DNA from: Chiloscyllium plagiosum
Taxonomy: Eukaryota
Direction of reading: 5' to 3'
Assembly: GCF_004010195.1 (NCBI RefSeq)
Contig: NC_057719.1
Location: 68,570,567-68,618,657 of the forward strand
Length of the DNA stretch: 48,091 bases
Shown here: positions 34,940-48,091 of the stretch, piece by piece
How positions within the stretch are numbered: position 1 is the stretch's first letter
Layout of the letters: every line of letters starts with the position of its first letter
Notes under the pieces: generated by a model
What the model saw: the letters and a program-made list of their open reading frames with translations, nothing else
Database searches by the model: none
What the model was told of the DNA's origin: nothing
Translations under genes and position numbers: made by a program

Positions 34940-37900
34940 CTACAGGAGCCTCCTCCTTGCGGTCCCTAGCTTCACAGATGCCAATCTTCAGATAATTTCA
35001 CTTATTCTACATATTATCAAGAAAAAATAGAGATGATAGAGATAGCAAAGGCTAGATGTCCTGCCAATATCCCAGCTTCGATACTGAATACCTTTGTTCT
35101 AGAAGAAGATACGTATCTATCCATGCTGTTCAAATACAACACAGACATCTACCAGACAATATGGATAATTGCCCAGGAATGTCCTATCCCCAAAAAGCAA
35201 GATGAATCCAACCCCTCAGGGATACTGGACTATTTTTCATTTCAACATGACAAAGGTATAAGGTGAGATTGGCTGCCCTTGATATGAAGGCAGTTTTTTT
35301 TTGTAAATACTTTTATTGAGAAAAAAGAATTTAATTTTTTTACAAAATTACAAACGCACTGCAAGATGGTATAACAACCTTACAATATAACAACAATAAC
35401 AATAAACAAACCACTGAGGAGAGGGAGAAAATAAAAACTACAAGAACTACAATTCAATAAATAACTAAAAAAAATTGCTCCAACTTAAACCAAGGTAAAG
35501 TAAATTACACTCAGTTAAGTTACTGCACTCAGCGCAATCTCACCAAAGCTCCCCATGTCCGTGAGCATCAGTAGGCAAACCTGTATTTTTTCGGAATTCT
35601 TCCTCCCAGGGGCTCCCGGCCACCAGACACTGTCCTTATGTCTACACAGAGGCCCTGACCAATATAGCCGACAAGCCTGCATCTATATAATGCAGAAAGG
35701 GCTGCCATGTTCTGTAAAATAGTTCCGTTTTCTGGTGCACCATACTTGTAAGGAAGTCCCGAGGAATTCTCCGACACCCAACTCGTAAGAATGTTCTTCC
35801 TCGCACAGAATGAAAGAATATTAAACAGTTTCTTCCCATGCGTGTCCAAAGAAGGGAGATTTGGCAAGTCCAAAAGGAGAGACACTGGATCCATCTTAAC
35901 TTCAGTTCCCAAGACCCCGTCCAAAACACTCGCTATGGCACCCCAATACCTATGGAGCTTATAGCATGATCACAAGCAATGAGTAAGAGTGCCAACATCT
36001 GTTTTACATTTGGGGCACATTGGGGATGCTTCAATCTGAAATTTCGCAAGCCCTCCAGTGCCAGATAAGCCCTGTGGAGGACCTTCAGTTTTATAGCTTG
36101 CGTCCTGTTACAAATCAAAATCTTCCTTACGTTCTCCCAAATATCTTCCCATACCTCGAGCAAACTTTCCACCCCCAATTCGTGAATCCAGATTCCGCAC
36201 AGCCACTCAATGTCCTTCAAAACATTGCCTCTTTACAAGTTATGGAGGGTGCTGACCAAGAGAGCGCCCATAGACTGAAGCACTGTCCTCTCCACATCCG
36301 ACTTATAGGGAGTAACCATCAATGTAATCTTTTTCTGTAAAAAAGTCCATAATCTGAAAGTAATGAAAGAGGTCCCACCTAGATAACTCATATTTCTGAC
36401 TCAGCAGCTTGAAAGACATCATGACCTCCCTGTCAAATAAATCTCCCAAACAGAAGACTCCTCTACACTTCCAGAACTTAAAGCCAAAATCCATCAATGC
36501 CGGCTAGAATCTGAACATTCTACAATGGGAGTGAAAGGGGCAATGTTTTGTACGTTGCCCTCACCTTGCCGCATCATTCTCCATGCTTTAACTGCGTTAA
36601 GGACAATTGGGTTTCTGCAATGATCTATAATAGTCCTCATCTTGTCCAAAAACAACAAATTGATGAGGGGGCATTTTGCCTGGGAGGCCTCAATGTCCAA
36701 CCAAACTGACTGCAGGTCCTGGCAAGCCCAGTCAACCACATAGGATAGTGAGGAACTCAATTGATATTTCTTAAAATCCGGGAAAACCAAACCTCCAATC
36801 CCCTACGAAAGTTGCAATTTATCCAGCTTAGTAAGAGGCCGTCTATGATGCCAGATGAAAGATCCAAGCCAACTGTAAAGCCTCAGTAGTGCTTGCCTGG
36901 GCAGCATCAAAGGGAGCATTCGCATGGGATATAATAAGCGAAGAAGAACATTCATTTTGACCAGAGCTATTCTACCCAACCAGGATATCGGAAGATCCTC
37001 CCAGCATCGAATGTCCTGCCTTATCTTCTCCAGCAACTGCACAAAGTTAGCTTTATATAACTGATCGAAGGTTGGGTGATAAAAATGCATAAATACAAGA
37101 AACCTCCCTGTGACTACCTGAAAGGGAAACAAGTTCCATCTCCAAGATCGGATATTCTAGTAAGGCCCCCCACAGGGATGGCTTCCGACTTCATAAAATT
37201 AATTTCATACTCTGAAAACAAACCAAATAGATTAATCATTGGTATTAAACAGGGCACAGGTGTCATTGGACCAGTTAAAAAGAGAAGAATGTCATCAGCA
37301 TAAAGGGTGGTCTTATGCCTGCCTGACCCTACCTCTGGGGCAATTATGTCAGGGTCCCTCCGGATGGCCTCTGCCAGTGGCTCAATCACCAATGTAAATA
37401 ATAGTGGTGAGAGAGGACACCCTTGTCAGCTGCCTCTGCCGATACTGAAATTATCTGACCTTGTACCATTAGTGAGAACTGCTGCTTTCGGGTCACTATA
37501 TAACACGGCCACCCACCTGGTAAAAACCCCTCCAAGACTAAACCGTTCCAGACCATAAAAGAGTTACAGCCACTCCACCCATTTAAACGCTTTCTCTGCA
37601 TCCAGGGAGACTACCAAGCCCAGAATCAACCCTGCTGGCATACCTGGACCATGTTTGATACTTTTCTAATATTATTAGATCTACGACCCTCAGTAAAATC
37701 TGTCTGGTCCTCCTTTACAATGAAGGGCAAAACTCCCTCCAACCTTATTGCCAGCATTTTCGACAGAATTTTAAAATCCACGTTCAGTAACAATATGGGC
37801 CTGTACAAAGTGCAAAGCTCTGGGGCTTTCCCTTTCTTGAGAATAAGAGAAATATTTGCTTCTTCAGAGAGGGTGGGAGGTAGTCCTGACTGTACAAGTA

Positions 37901-38960
37901 GTTGTATACATCCAACAGTGGCCTGGGCAGCATATCTATAAACTCCTTATAAAACTCACCTTGAAATCTGTCTGGGCTGGGCACTTTACCACGCTAGAGC
38001 TGCCTGCTGTAATTCACAGGGGGGCATTCAGAAAAGATGCCTGCTCTGTAGTTACACCTGGAAGGTCCAAGGTCTTAAAAAAGGACCCCATCTTCACCAA
38101 TTGGTCCTCACAGCCTTCCGATCAGTACAGCTCAGAGTAGAACTTCCTAAATGCTGCATTTATCTTTTTGACATCGCAAGTAAGAACACCAGCTCTCTCT
38201 CTGATGGATGCAATAGACTGGGGGCATTCTTCTTTCTGGCCAGGCACACGAGATATCTACCCGGTTTGCCACCATACTTGTGAAGGGAGTATTTAACTGA
38301 ATATGGCATCAAGGAACCCAAGCAAAATTGAAGTCACTAGGCAACAGATGGGAAACGTTTCTCTGATTCAAATCATACCTGGCCCAAAGGAAGATGCTTT
38401 TGCTTGTTGGAGGCCACTCATCTCAATCTCAGTATATCTCTGCAAGACGTCCTCGGGGTAATGCCCTAGGTTCAAATATCTTCAGCTGCTTCCTCAATGA
38501 TATCCCTTCCAAGTAAGGACAGAACTGTGGATCTTCATAGATGATTATATAATGTTCAGAACCATTTGCAACTCTTCAGATACTGAAGAGGTGTGTGCAC
38601 ATATTCAGCAAGATGAGAACAATAGTTCAGCTTCAAAACGTAAGTGACAAGTGACAAGTGATATTCAACCAAGAATGCCAGGCAATGGTTATCTCCAAAA
38701 AGAGGGAATCTAACTATTTCCCCTTGACATTCAATGGCATTGTCAACATTGAGAGTCCCAACAATAATATCCTAGGAGTTACCACCGACCAGAAAATTAA
38801 CAGCTATATAAATACAATGGCTATAAGACAGGCTCTGAGACCTGAGATTCTATATAATTCAACATTTGACTCCTCCAAGTCTATCCATGATGTGCAAGGC
38901 ACAAGTCAGGAGTGTGATGCAATACTTCCCACTTACCTAGATAAGTGCAGTTCCTTGAAG
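34940..38960 (+). mobile_element. Old CR1/L2-group LINE RT remnant, split by the L1 at 35294-38280
   Basis: Joined flanks read ALDMKAVFN*IWHQG (LD...AFD.VWH motif). Downstream PRGNALGSNIFSCFLNDIP (PQGS.LGP motif) and NNILGVTTDQKI. Confidence 0.8.
35294..38280 (-). mobile_element. L1-clade LINE, 5'-truncated ORF2 pseudogene plus 3' UTR and poly(A)
   Basis: YRPILLLNVDFKILSKMLAIRL; VIEPLAEAIR; LYADDILLFL; LPISWLGRIALVKMNVL; PDFKKYQ. AATAAA at 35312-35317 and an A tail at 35294-35302. TSD TGAAGG(C/G)AGT. Confidence 0.93.
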
Positions 38961-39047
38961 TGACTGCACTCTATAACAACCAGAGATGCTTATAATCATA
39001 GACTTGCACAAAGGGTGTGTTGGTCTTAAGGTTGGCCCTTAGCAAAC

Positions 39048-39255
39048 TGTAATAGCTATACAGAGGCTGGTATCCTGTCACCAAGTCACCTTTTAATTGC
39101 CTGTGCATACTACTGGTCCAGTTGCCTCAGAGCCAGCTCTCAGAGTGAACAGAATCTCTGACATTTCTATTTATATATGTCAGACAGGTCTCCCTAATTG
39201 GTCCAAGTAAACAGCCCAATCAAGGAGCTCATATTCACTTGGTACAATCACAACA
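39048..39255 (-). mobile_element. Solo LTR (Gypsy-type)
   Basis: TGT...ACA termini. The minus strand has CCAAT, TATATAAA and an ATTAAA signal in LTR order. TSD not clear. Confidence 0.6.
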
Positions 39256-39719
39256 CACAAAATGGAGACATTTCATATTAACAAAGGGCTTTCAGTCTCC
39301 CACTGTCAAAGCTATCAAGCTGCCATTGAAACAGATGGGGAATTTTCAGCACCCTTTTCATTAACGGATTTTGATCAGTTTTGTTTACCTCTGTCAGCAT
39401 CTGCAATTAAGATAAGCTATTACGTATTATCCTAAGTCCCTCCCCCCCACAAACCCTAGCTTATCTTAATAATGGTATGTGTAGCATTCTGCAAGTGAAC
39501 TGCCTAGACATGTTTACTATTAATCTACGTAGAGATTTTTAGAAATTTGTTTTCTCTTGTAGGTCAGGTGGCAGGTGTATTCTAAATATTGACCCCAAAT
39601 ACTGAACCAGTCAGTGGAATTAAAGATTGATAGTCCATACATTACACCTTTGTGACACTGGCACAAGATGAAATTTTCTTTGGTCATGTTGGGAGCTAAA
39701 TGTGCATTGGACTGTTCAG

Positions 39720-40700
39720 GCTTACAGAATTACAAAACTGTTACAGTACTGAATGAGGCCATTGAGCCCGTTATGTCTGTACTGGATCTGTGAATAGGAA
39801 ATTCCCAATGTCATTCCTCCATGTTTTCCTGATAACCTTAAATATTTGTCTTGTTCAGATATCCAGATGCCTTCAGCTATTTTGACTGCTTCTCCTGAAT
39901 CTGACTCCACCCACTTTCAAGCAGAGCATTTCAGACCTTAATTACTTGCTTGGTAAAAACATTTTTCCTCTTATCACTTTTACTTCTTTAGCCAATTAAT
40001 TTATAACTGTTCCTTCTCATCTTCAATCTTTTAATGAGAGGGAAGTTTCTCTCCATCTACTCTGTCCAGACCCCACATGGCTTTGAATATCTCAATTAAA
40101 TCACCTCGCAGTCTTTTTTCTTCTTGTTGTCTACTGGGATCTAATTTTGTGTAGTTTCCCAAAGTAATGCTGCTGGAGCCCTTAGAACTTTCTGCAAAAC
40201 ATTTTCATCAATTCATGCATTCTCTTCACACTAGGATAGAGCTTCTGTTCCCTGCCAGCATTCATACATCATCACTATATCCTCATTATTATGAATGCTT
40301 CAGACATTAATCCCATTACTTGACAGAATACAGTCCTGCCTTCTCCAATCTATCTTCATGACTCAAAATCCTCATTTCTCGAACAGTCTCCTTTAGCTTT
40401 TCAGCACTGCCTCCAATGCCCTCACATTATGGCACTCTGAACTGAATGCATACTCCAAATGAGGGTGGAGTAGTGTCCAATACATACTCAACATAATCTC
40501 CTTGCTCTTGTTCTCTACACCATTATTAATAAAGCACAGGCTAATGGATGTTTTATTGACTGCTCTCTCTAGCTGTCCTGACATCTTTCATGACAGGTTA
40601 TGCACATTTACTTCCAAATTCACAAGTTTCTTCAACCCCTTTAGAGTTATACCCATTATTTGTTATTGTCTCACCGTGCTCTTCATGCTGCCTTTATTAA
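39720..40700 (-). mobile_element. CR1 LINE 3' fragments
   Basis: gaggccattgagccc 3' end; GVENKSKEIMLSMYWTLLHPHLEYA. Confidence 0.75.
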
Positions 40701-40914
40701 TTTAAATTAGGTTTGTCCATGTGACTGTTATTTTTGATCTAAATTATTGCTCCTCGAAGTTTTCTCCATTTAATTTTAAATGTCTAGGTTCCCTGAAATA
40801 GATATTACAGATTGCATTTCTGACTGGGAAGACCCGATAACATCTCTTAAAAGAGCTTGAGGTGCTGTTAATTGGCTGGGGGTAAGTTTACCTCTCTGAC
40901 TGCTGGGATCTCAA

Positions 40915-41085
40915 GAATCATTGAATCACACGTGCTATGGTGCTAAAAGAGGCCATTCGGCCGATCATGCCTACTACTGGCTCATTAAATGAGGATTATT
41001 ACTTACCACCAATCTCTTGTTTTTTCCCCTTGCACATTATATTTATCTAAATTATCATCCAAATTCTCTCTTGAATGCCTCAACT
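40915..41085 (-). mobile_element. CR1 3' terminal fragment
   Basis: aagaggccattcggccgatcatgcct...ctcttgaatgcctcaactgaa. Confidence 0.65.
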
Positions 41086-41709
41086 GAAAACTTGAAGTTG
41101 TGCTTTGGGATCACACTTTTCAAAATACACAGGGGTACTGGGCATAGAGGTTATTTAATTTGGACTATAAACATTGAACTTGAAGTCAACATATAAAGTT
41201 AGCAAGACTCAGTTTAAACTCAAAATTAGGACTTTTTTCTCAGTTAATCACTAACATGTAAGTTGATCCCATCTTAAACAGGCAATGAAATGCTGCTTAA
41301 TATATTTAGGAAGAGTTGGTTAGGAATGGGATTGAGTGAAGTAATCAAATGCTGTATGGATTACAATGCCTCTTGGGCTGATGGCATCTCAAATTCATGC
41401 CAAAAGGATAACCATGCAAAATATGCAATCCAAACTACAGTTATTTTGGATGTTTGTTCTACATAGCTATAACAGGAAAGGAAGTTTACAAAAAACTTTC
41501 CTCAGCAGATTAAAGGACATGGTACGGTCTGTGATGAAGATGTGTGTGCAGGAAATGAACTTGATGGTGATGTCTAATTCTGTGTTTTTTTAACTGCTAA
41601 TGTAACAAAATTATCAACCTTGATAGTACAAAGGAGATGAGCACACAATTCAAATGGTAGGTTTAACCAAGATCCCAAGTTTTAACAACTATCTCTTTTT
41701 AACATCAGT

Positions 41710-42425
41710 GCATGAGAACATAAGAAACATGAGCAGGAGTAGGCCATCTGACCCACTGAGCCTGCTCCACCATTCAATAAGACCATGGCTGATCTTTTTG
41801 TGGATTCAGCTTCATTTACTGTTCAAAATTCTCTGCCTTAAAAACATTCAATGAGGTAGCCTCAACTGCTTCACAGACAGGGCATTCCACAGATTCACAA
41901 CTCTTTGGGTGAAGAAGTTCTTCATCAACTCAGTCCTAAATCTGCTCCCCCTTATTTTGAGGCTATATCCCCTACTTCTAGTTTCATCCGCCAGTGGAAA
42001 CAACCTGCCTGCTTCTATCTTATCTGTTCCTTACATAATTTTGTTTGCTTCTATAAGATCATTCTTCTAAATTCCAATGAGTATAGTCCCAGTCTACTCA
42101 ATTTCTCCTCATAAGGCAACCTTCTCATTTCTGGAATCAACCTAGTGAACCTCCTCTGCACTCCTCCAGTGCCAGTACATCCTTTCTCAAGTAAGGAGAC
42201 CAACACTGTACACAGTACGCCAGGTGTAGCCCCACCAGCACCCTATTCAGCTGCAGCATAACCTCTCTTTTTAAATTCCATCCCCTGAGCAACGAAGGAC
42301 AATATTCTATTTCTTAATTATTTGCTGCACCTACAAACAAACCTTTTGTGATTCATGCACAAGGATACCCAGGTTCCTCTGCACAGCAGCATGCTGCAAT
42401 TTTTCTTCATATAAATAATAGCCCA
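41710..42425 (-). mobile_element. CR1 LINE 3' fragment
   Basis: aacataagaaacatgagcaggagtaggccat terminus and ORF2 C-terminal sequence. Confidence 0.85.
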
Positions 42426-42707
42426 TTAATACAACTCATTCATCATGTTGAGTAGACTCATTTTAACAGCCCAGCTTTTCCTATTGATATTAAGGCTAAT
42501 AACAAGGAAAGGGAATATTTTCCAAAATAATTAAAAAGTAGTATTTAGTATTTGGTAACAATTATTTTTATTGAAAGTAATGAAATAGCTCATTGCCAAA
42601 TTATTATTGTTACTCTGTCTTAAGAAGATCTCATTAAAAATAGGTTTCAGTAATATATTCAGGACATACAGAGGCAAATTGCAATTTCTACATTACCAGA
42701 TATTGAT

Positions 42708-42842
42708 ACAAAAGCAAAATGTTGTGGATTGGCAAACTGAAATAAAAACAGGACATGTTGGAGAAACCTAGCGGGTCTGGGAACAACCATGGAAAGAGAG
42801 AATCATAGTTAATATTCTGAGTCCAATATGACTTCTTTGGAG
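42708..42842 (-). mobile_element. Decayed Penelope-derived short element
   Basis: ctgaaataaaaacaggacatgttggagaaacctagcgggtctgg...gttaatattctgagtcc; related to 43110-43192. Confidence 0.55.
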
Positions 42843-43109
42843 TTTTCATTGTGAATGGTGCATTGAGTGTGGCTAAATATGACTGTGATTGTCATGAATT
42901 TGCACAATGTGATGGTTGAATATGAATTTAATGGTTCAAGTTGATGTGCGATAGTGTCCAAAACCATAGTTTGCAAGAGTTTTTTTTCAATTAAATCATT
43001 AACTTTACTTTAACAAGCAGAACAAAATATGGTTCAGTAATTAAGTTTGAAACAGACTAGATGGTGAGCAGTAGTTTATTGCAATAAATAAATATTTAAT
43101 ATCCTTGTA

Positions 43110-43192
43110 TAAAGACAAACTGTTCGAGAAACTCAGCAGTTCTGGCAACATCTGTGGAGAGACAAACAGAGTTAACATTCTGTGTCCAATGT
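43110..43192 (-). mobile_element. Decayed Penelope-derived short element
   Basis: gagaaactcagcagttctggcaacatctgtggagagacaaacagagttaacatt shares the cagcaggtc.ggcagcatc motif with 11447-11466. Confidence 0.6.
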
Positions 43193-46062
43193 TTGGAGGA
43201 TAGCCCATGGCAAGATCTTATACATGGAGTTTTTTTTTAATGTCAGAAGACTCTTGCGCCTGCAACTACCACATAGTTCTGGCTGATGATGAGATTCTTC
43301 TATTCTTATTGCCTACCATAGACAGATTGGAATGATATAAAGGTTGTCAGTCAACTTATTGGACTGCATTGTAAACAAATCATGTGTGACTATTGATTGG
43401 CTGAGATGCAGAGCCACTAGTCACTGAACCAGAAGACCTCCATTAAATATTTTAAAATCTGTTAGGGCATTCTTTCAATCCCAGCTTGTGCAAATTAAGA
43501 ATTTACAAGTGGAGTCATATGGTGCAACACACACTTTCCAAAACAAACAGAACTATGTGGTAGTTGGTTCACATCTGTGATAATCTCCATGGTGAGCTTT
43601 CAATCATTAATGTGCTCGTGTGGACAGGGCTCACATAAAACATAATAAACGTGTTATTCTGAGTGACATCAGGCTATTCTTCAGCACCCTACTAGCAGAC
43701 AATGAAAACATTGTAAGCTGAGTTAAATTTTCTCTTAGGAAATACAGTGCAAGAGAAACAATTGGTGATAATTAATTGAAATGAATGAATTTGTGTCTAG
43801 GTTAGGGTAAGAATTTAGAAAAGAGTGGCAGATTATTTTTGTTCTTTAACTGACTTTAAAATAATTAATTTGCATTTTGCTATTCATCAGATTACCAATT
43901 TTGTTGTAGCGTGAACCTCAAATCAACTGACAATGAAAGTTTTAAAATGGGTTGCAGCCAAACAAAATACTGCAATTGAGTGAATACAATTTTTTAATGT
44001 AAAAAGTAAATCATTCCATGTTTGCAATAAGCAAGGAAGTAAACATTCCAGTAGGAATCCAAGCATGTTTTTATTAAACACACTGAAGAAAACCTCGAAA
44101 ACAAGATGTTAATAAAACACATAATTCTTTATTTGGCAGTTATTCTACAAGATGTAAAACATTGTGGGAGGCAATCTAAACCTTGTCAACCAAGCACTCA
44201 TGATATACAGCTTGATCTAGGAATAATAGGCAGTTTTTACAACGAGTTGTGATTCCACTAAAGCACTTCCAACTTTTTCTTATTTGCAAGTCCTTTCGTG
44301 GAATTTGTGGTGAATGCAGTTTTTTGTAGGAACTACAGATGGTTTGAGGAGGAATAAAAAACTGTTAGAATCAGAAGATATTCATTCGTTACAACAATTA
44401 TTCCAGCTTATTTTTTATTTGTTCTGAAAAATATTTTCTAAGCATCCTTAACTTGCAGTGTAATCACTTAAGAATGTTTACTCATCTTCAAAAAAGCTAA
44501 AATAATATGAGTACTGATTAGGGAGTCATAATCATAACAAAGCAATCATATTTATTATGCACTAAATAGGTCACTTAATACACATAATAATTTGAAGGAA
44601 TTATACTCAGATGTACAATCCTGTTAACAATAAGCCAAAGAATTAAATGCTCATCTTAATATTATGATGTAGGAAGTAGAAAAATTTAAATACCAGATAC
44701 TTCAGATAGAAAATCCCAACTCTGTATGGGGATTACTGACATTCAGATAAAACCTTTGTAGTTTGACAATATATTATCGCTCTTGTTCAAAGCCCAAAAT
44801 AATGAATTCTCCAAATTGGGAATGATGTGTCAAATCAAGACACAAAGGAAAGCACTATGTCAAAACTGCCAAATCATTGGCAATGAAAATGTTTTGTAGC
44901 TTCATAATTTTGATGCTCATGGAAAGGTAGGACCAATTTCCTGCAGAGATTTTACTTATTTTTGCTTCCCCCGATGGGAGACATGAGCTCATAACCAAGG
45001 GATCGATGTCCTTATATCAATTCTCATGAGAATCTTAGTGACCTTAGCTTTGCTTATGGGACACATCATTTTTCCTGACACCTATGATTAAAAAAAAGCA
45101 AAATACACATAGAAATGTCAATGTTGATAGTTTTTTTCACTCAAATCAGAGAGAAAAAAATATCTTCCTACACCTGCCATTAAAAAGGGCACCAGAGAAG
45201 ACCACTGTTATGGTACTGATGTAATGTTTTGATTCAAGGATCCCAAAGTCAGAAGTAAATCTGCTTTTGAATCTCTCAGGAGTGTACCAATGATCTAAGC
45301 AAGGAAGTGAACGATCTGGATCCTTTAACTAACTTTTCCCAACTTTTCTCCACATTGAACTGAATCCTGGATACTAATGAAAAGTTGAAAGCAGGTTTGA
45401 TGGTTGTCGCACTCATCTCCCTGGGAGGTCTATAAACATGTTGCAGATATCTAAGATGTCAAATGAATGACTTTTTAACAATATCTCCTGTGCACATATG
45501 ACACTTTGGAAAAAATGTTTCAGATTCGTGGGTAACTGCTGCCACTGTGAAAGGAAACCATGAATAGCGAACAATTTTGCATGCGAAGTATGAAAGTGGA
45601 AACCTGATTTCATTATACACAAAACAATTCACAAGAGACATTAGTCTTGGCTGTGAAGTAACATTATGAATGTAAGATCAAGTAGGTTGGTGTAATGTCA
45701 TTTAATCTTTGAGCTGAATTATGTCTTTGTTGGCTGGCATAAATAATGATCTATGGAAAAACAAATCCTATTAGTGAAACCAACTCAGAAATAATGTGGA
45801 ATGAATATGCAAAACTTGATTTGCATAGCCTTCCAACAAGCTTGAATATAGTGTTGCAATGTCAATTCTGAAACATGAGGAAGGGTGAAATCTAATAAGT
45901 AATAAACCCACTATCTAATCCCCCGCACCACACACTAACTTTTGAATTTAGACATTGCATAATTTAGTAATTTGCTTCAGCATCATCTGGGACAAGAGTA
46001 TTAAATATTTAGATCTATTTGAATTTGATGGTCTTTTATCATCAACAATCCACCATCATTGA

Positions 46063-46353
46063 AAATCGTGGAATCATAGAATTCTGACTGTGTGGAAACA
46101 GCCATTGAGTCGACACCAACCCTCCGAAGAGCGTCCCACCCAGACCCATCATTTTAAGCAAAACTTTTCATTTCCATGGCTAATCCACCTAACCTGCATA
46201 TCTCTGGATACTTTAGGCAATTTTTCATGCCCAATCTACCTAACCTGCACATCTTTAGACTGTGGGAGGAAACCAAAACACCCAGAGGAAACCCATGCAG
46301 ACACGGGGAAAATGTGCAAACTCCACACAGACAGTCACCTGAAGGTGGAATCG
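46063..46353 (-). mobile_element. HE1-like V-SINE, 5'-truncated
   Basis: Core and tail are present; the copy stops inside the B box. Confidence 0.85.
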
Positions 46354-46740
46354 AGTGTGTACAATTGTTTCACAGAATTGGAAATAGTGTGAGACTCTCA
46401 CTGGATCAATTGCTTGATGTACTCCATTATTGAACTCAGTTACACGAACAAGGAAGGCCCCAGATTCATTAGTGGTTGATGCTCAGTCAAAGTCTCAGCC
46501 AGGGAAAGACTGAGTGTTCACGTTTTCTTCAGCATTAAAGAAATCTGGAAAGAGAAAAATGGTCTAGATTTCCTGCCAAAGGCAGGACAAATTCTATCTG
46601 ATGAATGACCATCTTGTCAGATGATTCTTGATTGTTAGCAAAGAAATGGAAGGTCTTTTCAAGGTTTTTGTAGGCACCTGCAGAATTTGATCCTGGAATG
46701 GAATGACTTCAGGTAAACAAAGGGGAATAATTCAAACAAT

Positions 46741-48091
46741 AGAGTCATAGAGTCATAGAGATGTACAGCATGGAAACAGACCCTTCGGGCCAACCCGTCT
46801 ATGTCGACCAGATATCCCAACCTAATCTAGTCCCACCTGCCAGCACCCAGGCCATATCCCTCCAAACCCTTCCTATTCATATACCCATCCAAATGCCTCT
46901 TAAATGTTGCAGTTGTACCAGCCTCCACCACTCCCTCTGGCAGCTCATTCCATACACGTACCATCCTCTGTGTAAAAAAGTTGCCCCATAGGTCTCTTTT
47001 ATTTCCTTCCCCTCTCACCATAAATCTATGCCCTTGATTTCTGCACTCCCCAACCCCAGGGAAAAGACTTTGCCTATTTAGCCTATCCATACCCCTCATA
47101 ATTTTGTAAACCTCTCAGCCTCCGATGCAAACAGCCCCAGCCTGTTTAGCCTCTCCCTATAGCTCAAATCCTCCAACCCTGTCAACATGCTTGTAAATCT
47201 TTTCTGAACCTTTCAAGTTTCACAACATCTTTCTGATAGGAAGGAGATCAAAATTTCACGCAATATTCCAACAGTGGCCTAACCAATGTCCTGTACAGCC
47301 ACAACATGACCTCCTAACTCCTGTACTCAATACTCTGATCAATAAAGAAAAGCATACCAAATGCCTTCTTCACCTGCGACTCCACTTTCAAGGAGCTATG
47401 AACCTGCACTCCAAGGTCTCTCTGTTCAGCAACACCCCCTAGGACCTTACCATTAAGTATATGGGTCCTACTAAGATTTGCTTTCCTAAAATGCAGCACC
47501 TCGCATTTATCTGAATTAAACTCCATCTGCCACTTCTCAGCCCATTGGTCCATCTGGCCCAGATCTTTTGTAATCTGAGGTCATCCTCTTCGCTGTCTAC
47601 TACACCTCCAATTTTGGTGTCCTCTGCAAACTTACTAACTGTACCTCTTATGCTCGCATCCAAATCATTTATGTAAATGACAAAAAGTAGAGGGCCCAGC
47701 ACTGATCCTTGTGGCACTCCACTGGTCACAGGCCCCCAGTCTGAAAAACAACCTTCCATCACCACCCACTGTCTTCTACCTTTGAGCCAGGTCTGTATCC
47801 AAATGGCTAGTTCTCCCCGTATTACGTGAGATCTAACCTTGCTAATCAGTCTCCCATGGGGAACCTTGTCGAACAACTTACTGAAGTCCATATAGGTCAC
47901 ATCAACCGCTCTGCCCTCATCAATCCTCTTTGTTACTTCTTCAAAAAACTCAATCGATTTTGTGAGACATGATTTCCCACGCACAAAGCCATGTTGACTA
48001 TCCCTAATCAGTCCTTGCCTTTCCAAGTACATGTACATCCTGTCCCTCAGGAATCCCTCCAACAACTTGCCCATCACTGATATCAGGCTCA
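46741..48091 (-). mobile_element. CR1 (HER1-like) LINE, young copy, 3' part; runs off the window end
   Basis: (agagtcat)n tail at 46741-46760. ORF2 RT motifs QHGFVRGKSCLT, YMDFSKLFDKVPH, GVPQGSVLGPLLF, KFAEDTK. Confidence 0.97.
47439..48077 (-). pseudogene. CR1 ORF2 reverse transcriptase fragment (frameshifted; FADD changed to FAED)
   Basis: 212-aa ORF with LINE RT motifs; the natural continuation lies in another frame (47314-47553). Confidence 0.92.

Noticed and set aside
44064..44122. CTGAAGA...CGAAA inside an AT-rich hairpin as a further hammerhead
   Set aside because: No stem II pairing and no proper stem III or NUH site.

Overview
This is vertebrate nuclear DNA, most likely from a shark or other elasmobranch, judging by the HE1-type V-SINEs, CR1 LINEs and a DeuSINE remnant. 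It is intronic or intergenic: no intact host protein-coding gene is recognisable, and the listed ORFs I can recognise are transposon fragments while the rest look like chance frames. The window is a nested mosaic of mobile-element fossils: many CR1 fragments (the youngest at 46741-48091 carries RT motifs), eight HE1-like SINE copies, a ~3 kb 5'-truncated L1-clade LINE inserted into the RT motif of an older LINE, a decayed Gypsy pol, and Harbinger fossils (Myb/SANT gene plus DDE transposase). The most notable items are four. (1) Penelope-like and Penelope-derived insertions that carry minimal hammerhead ribozyme cores (CUGANGA...GAAAC), several as fold-back inverted structures with target-site duplications. 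(2) A ~30-copy 32-bp minisatellite born from a CR1 coding segment. (3) Two locally templated insertions. (4) A tRNA-Thr(UGU) pseudogene whose Pol III terminator abuts a SINE. Several repeat-poor blocks are candidate conserved non-coding elements or exons. Family names come from recalled motifs rather than database searches, and boundaries of old elements are approximate.
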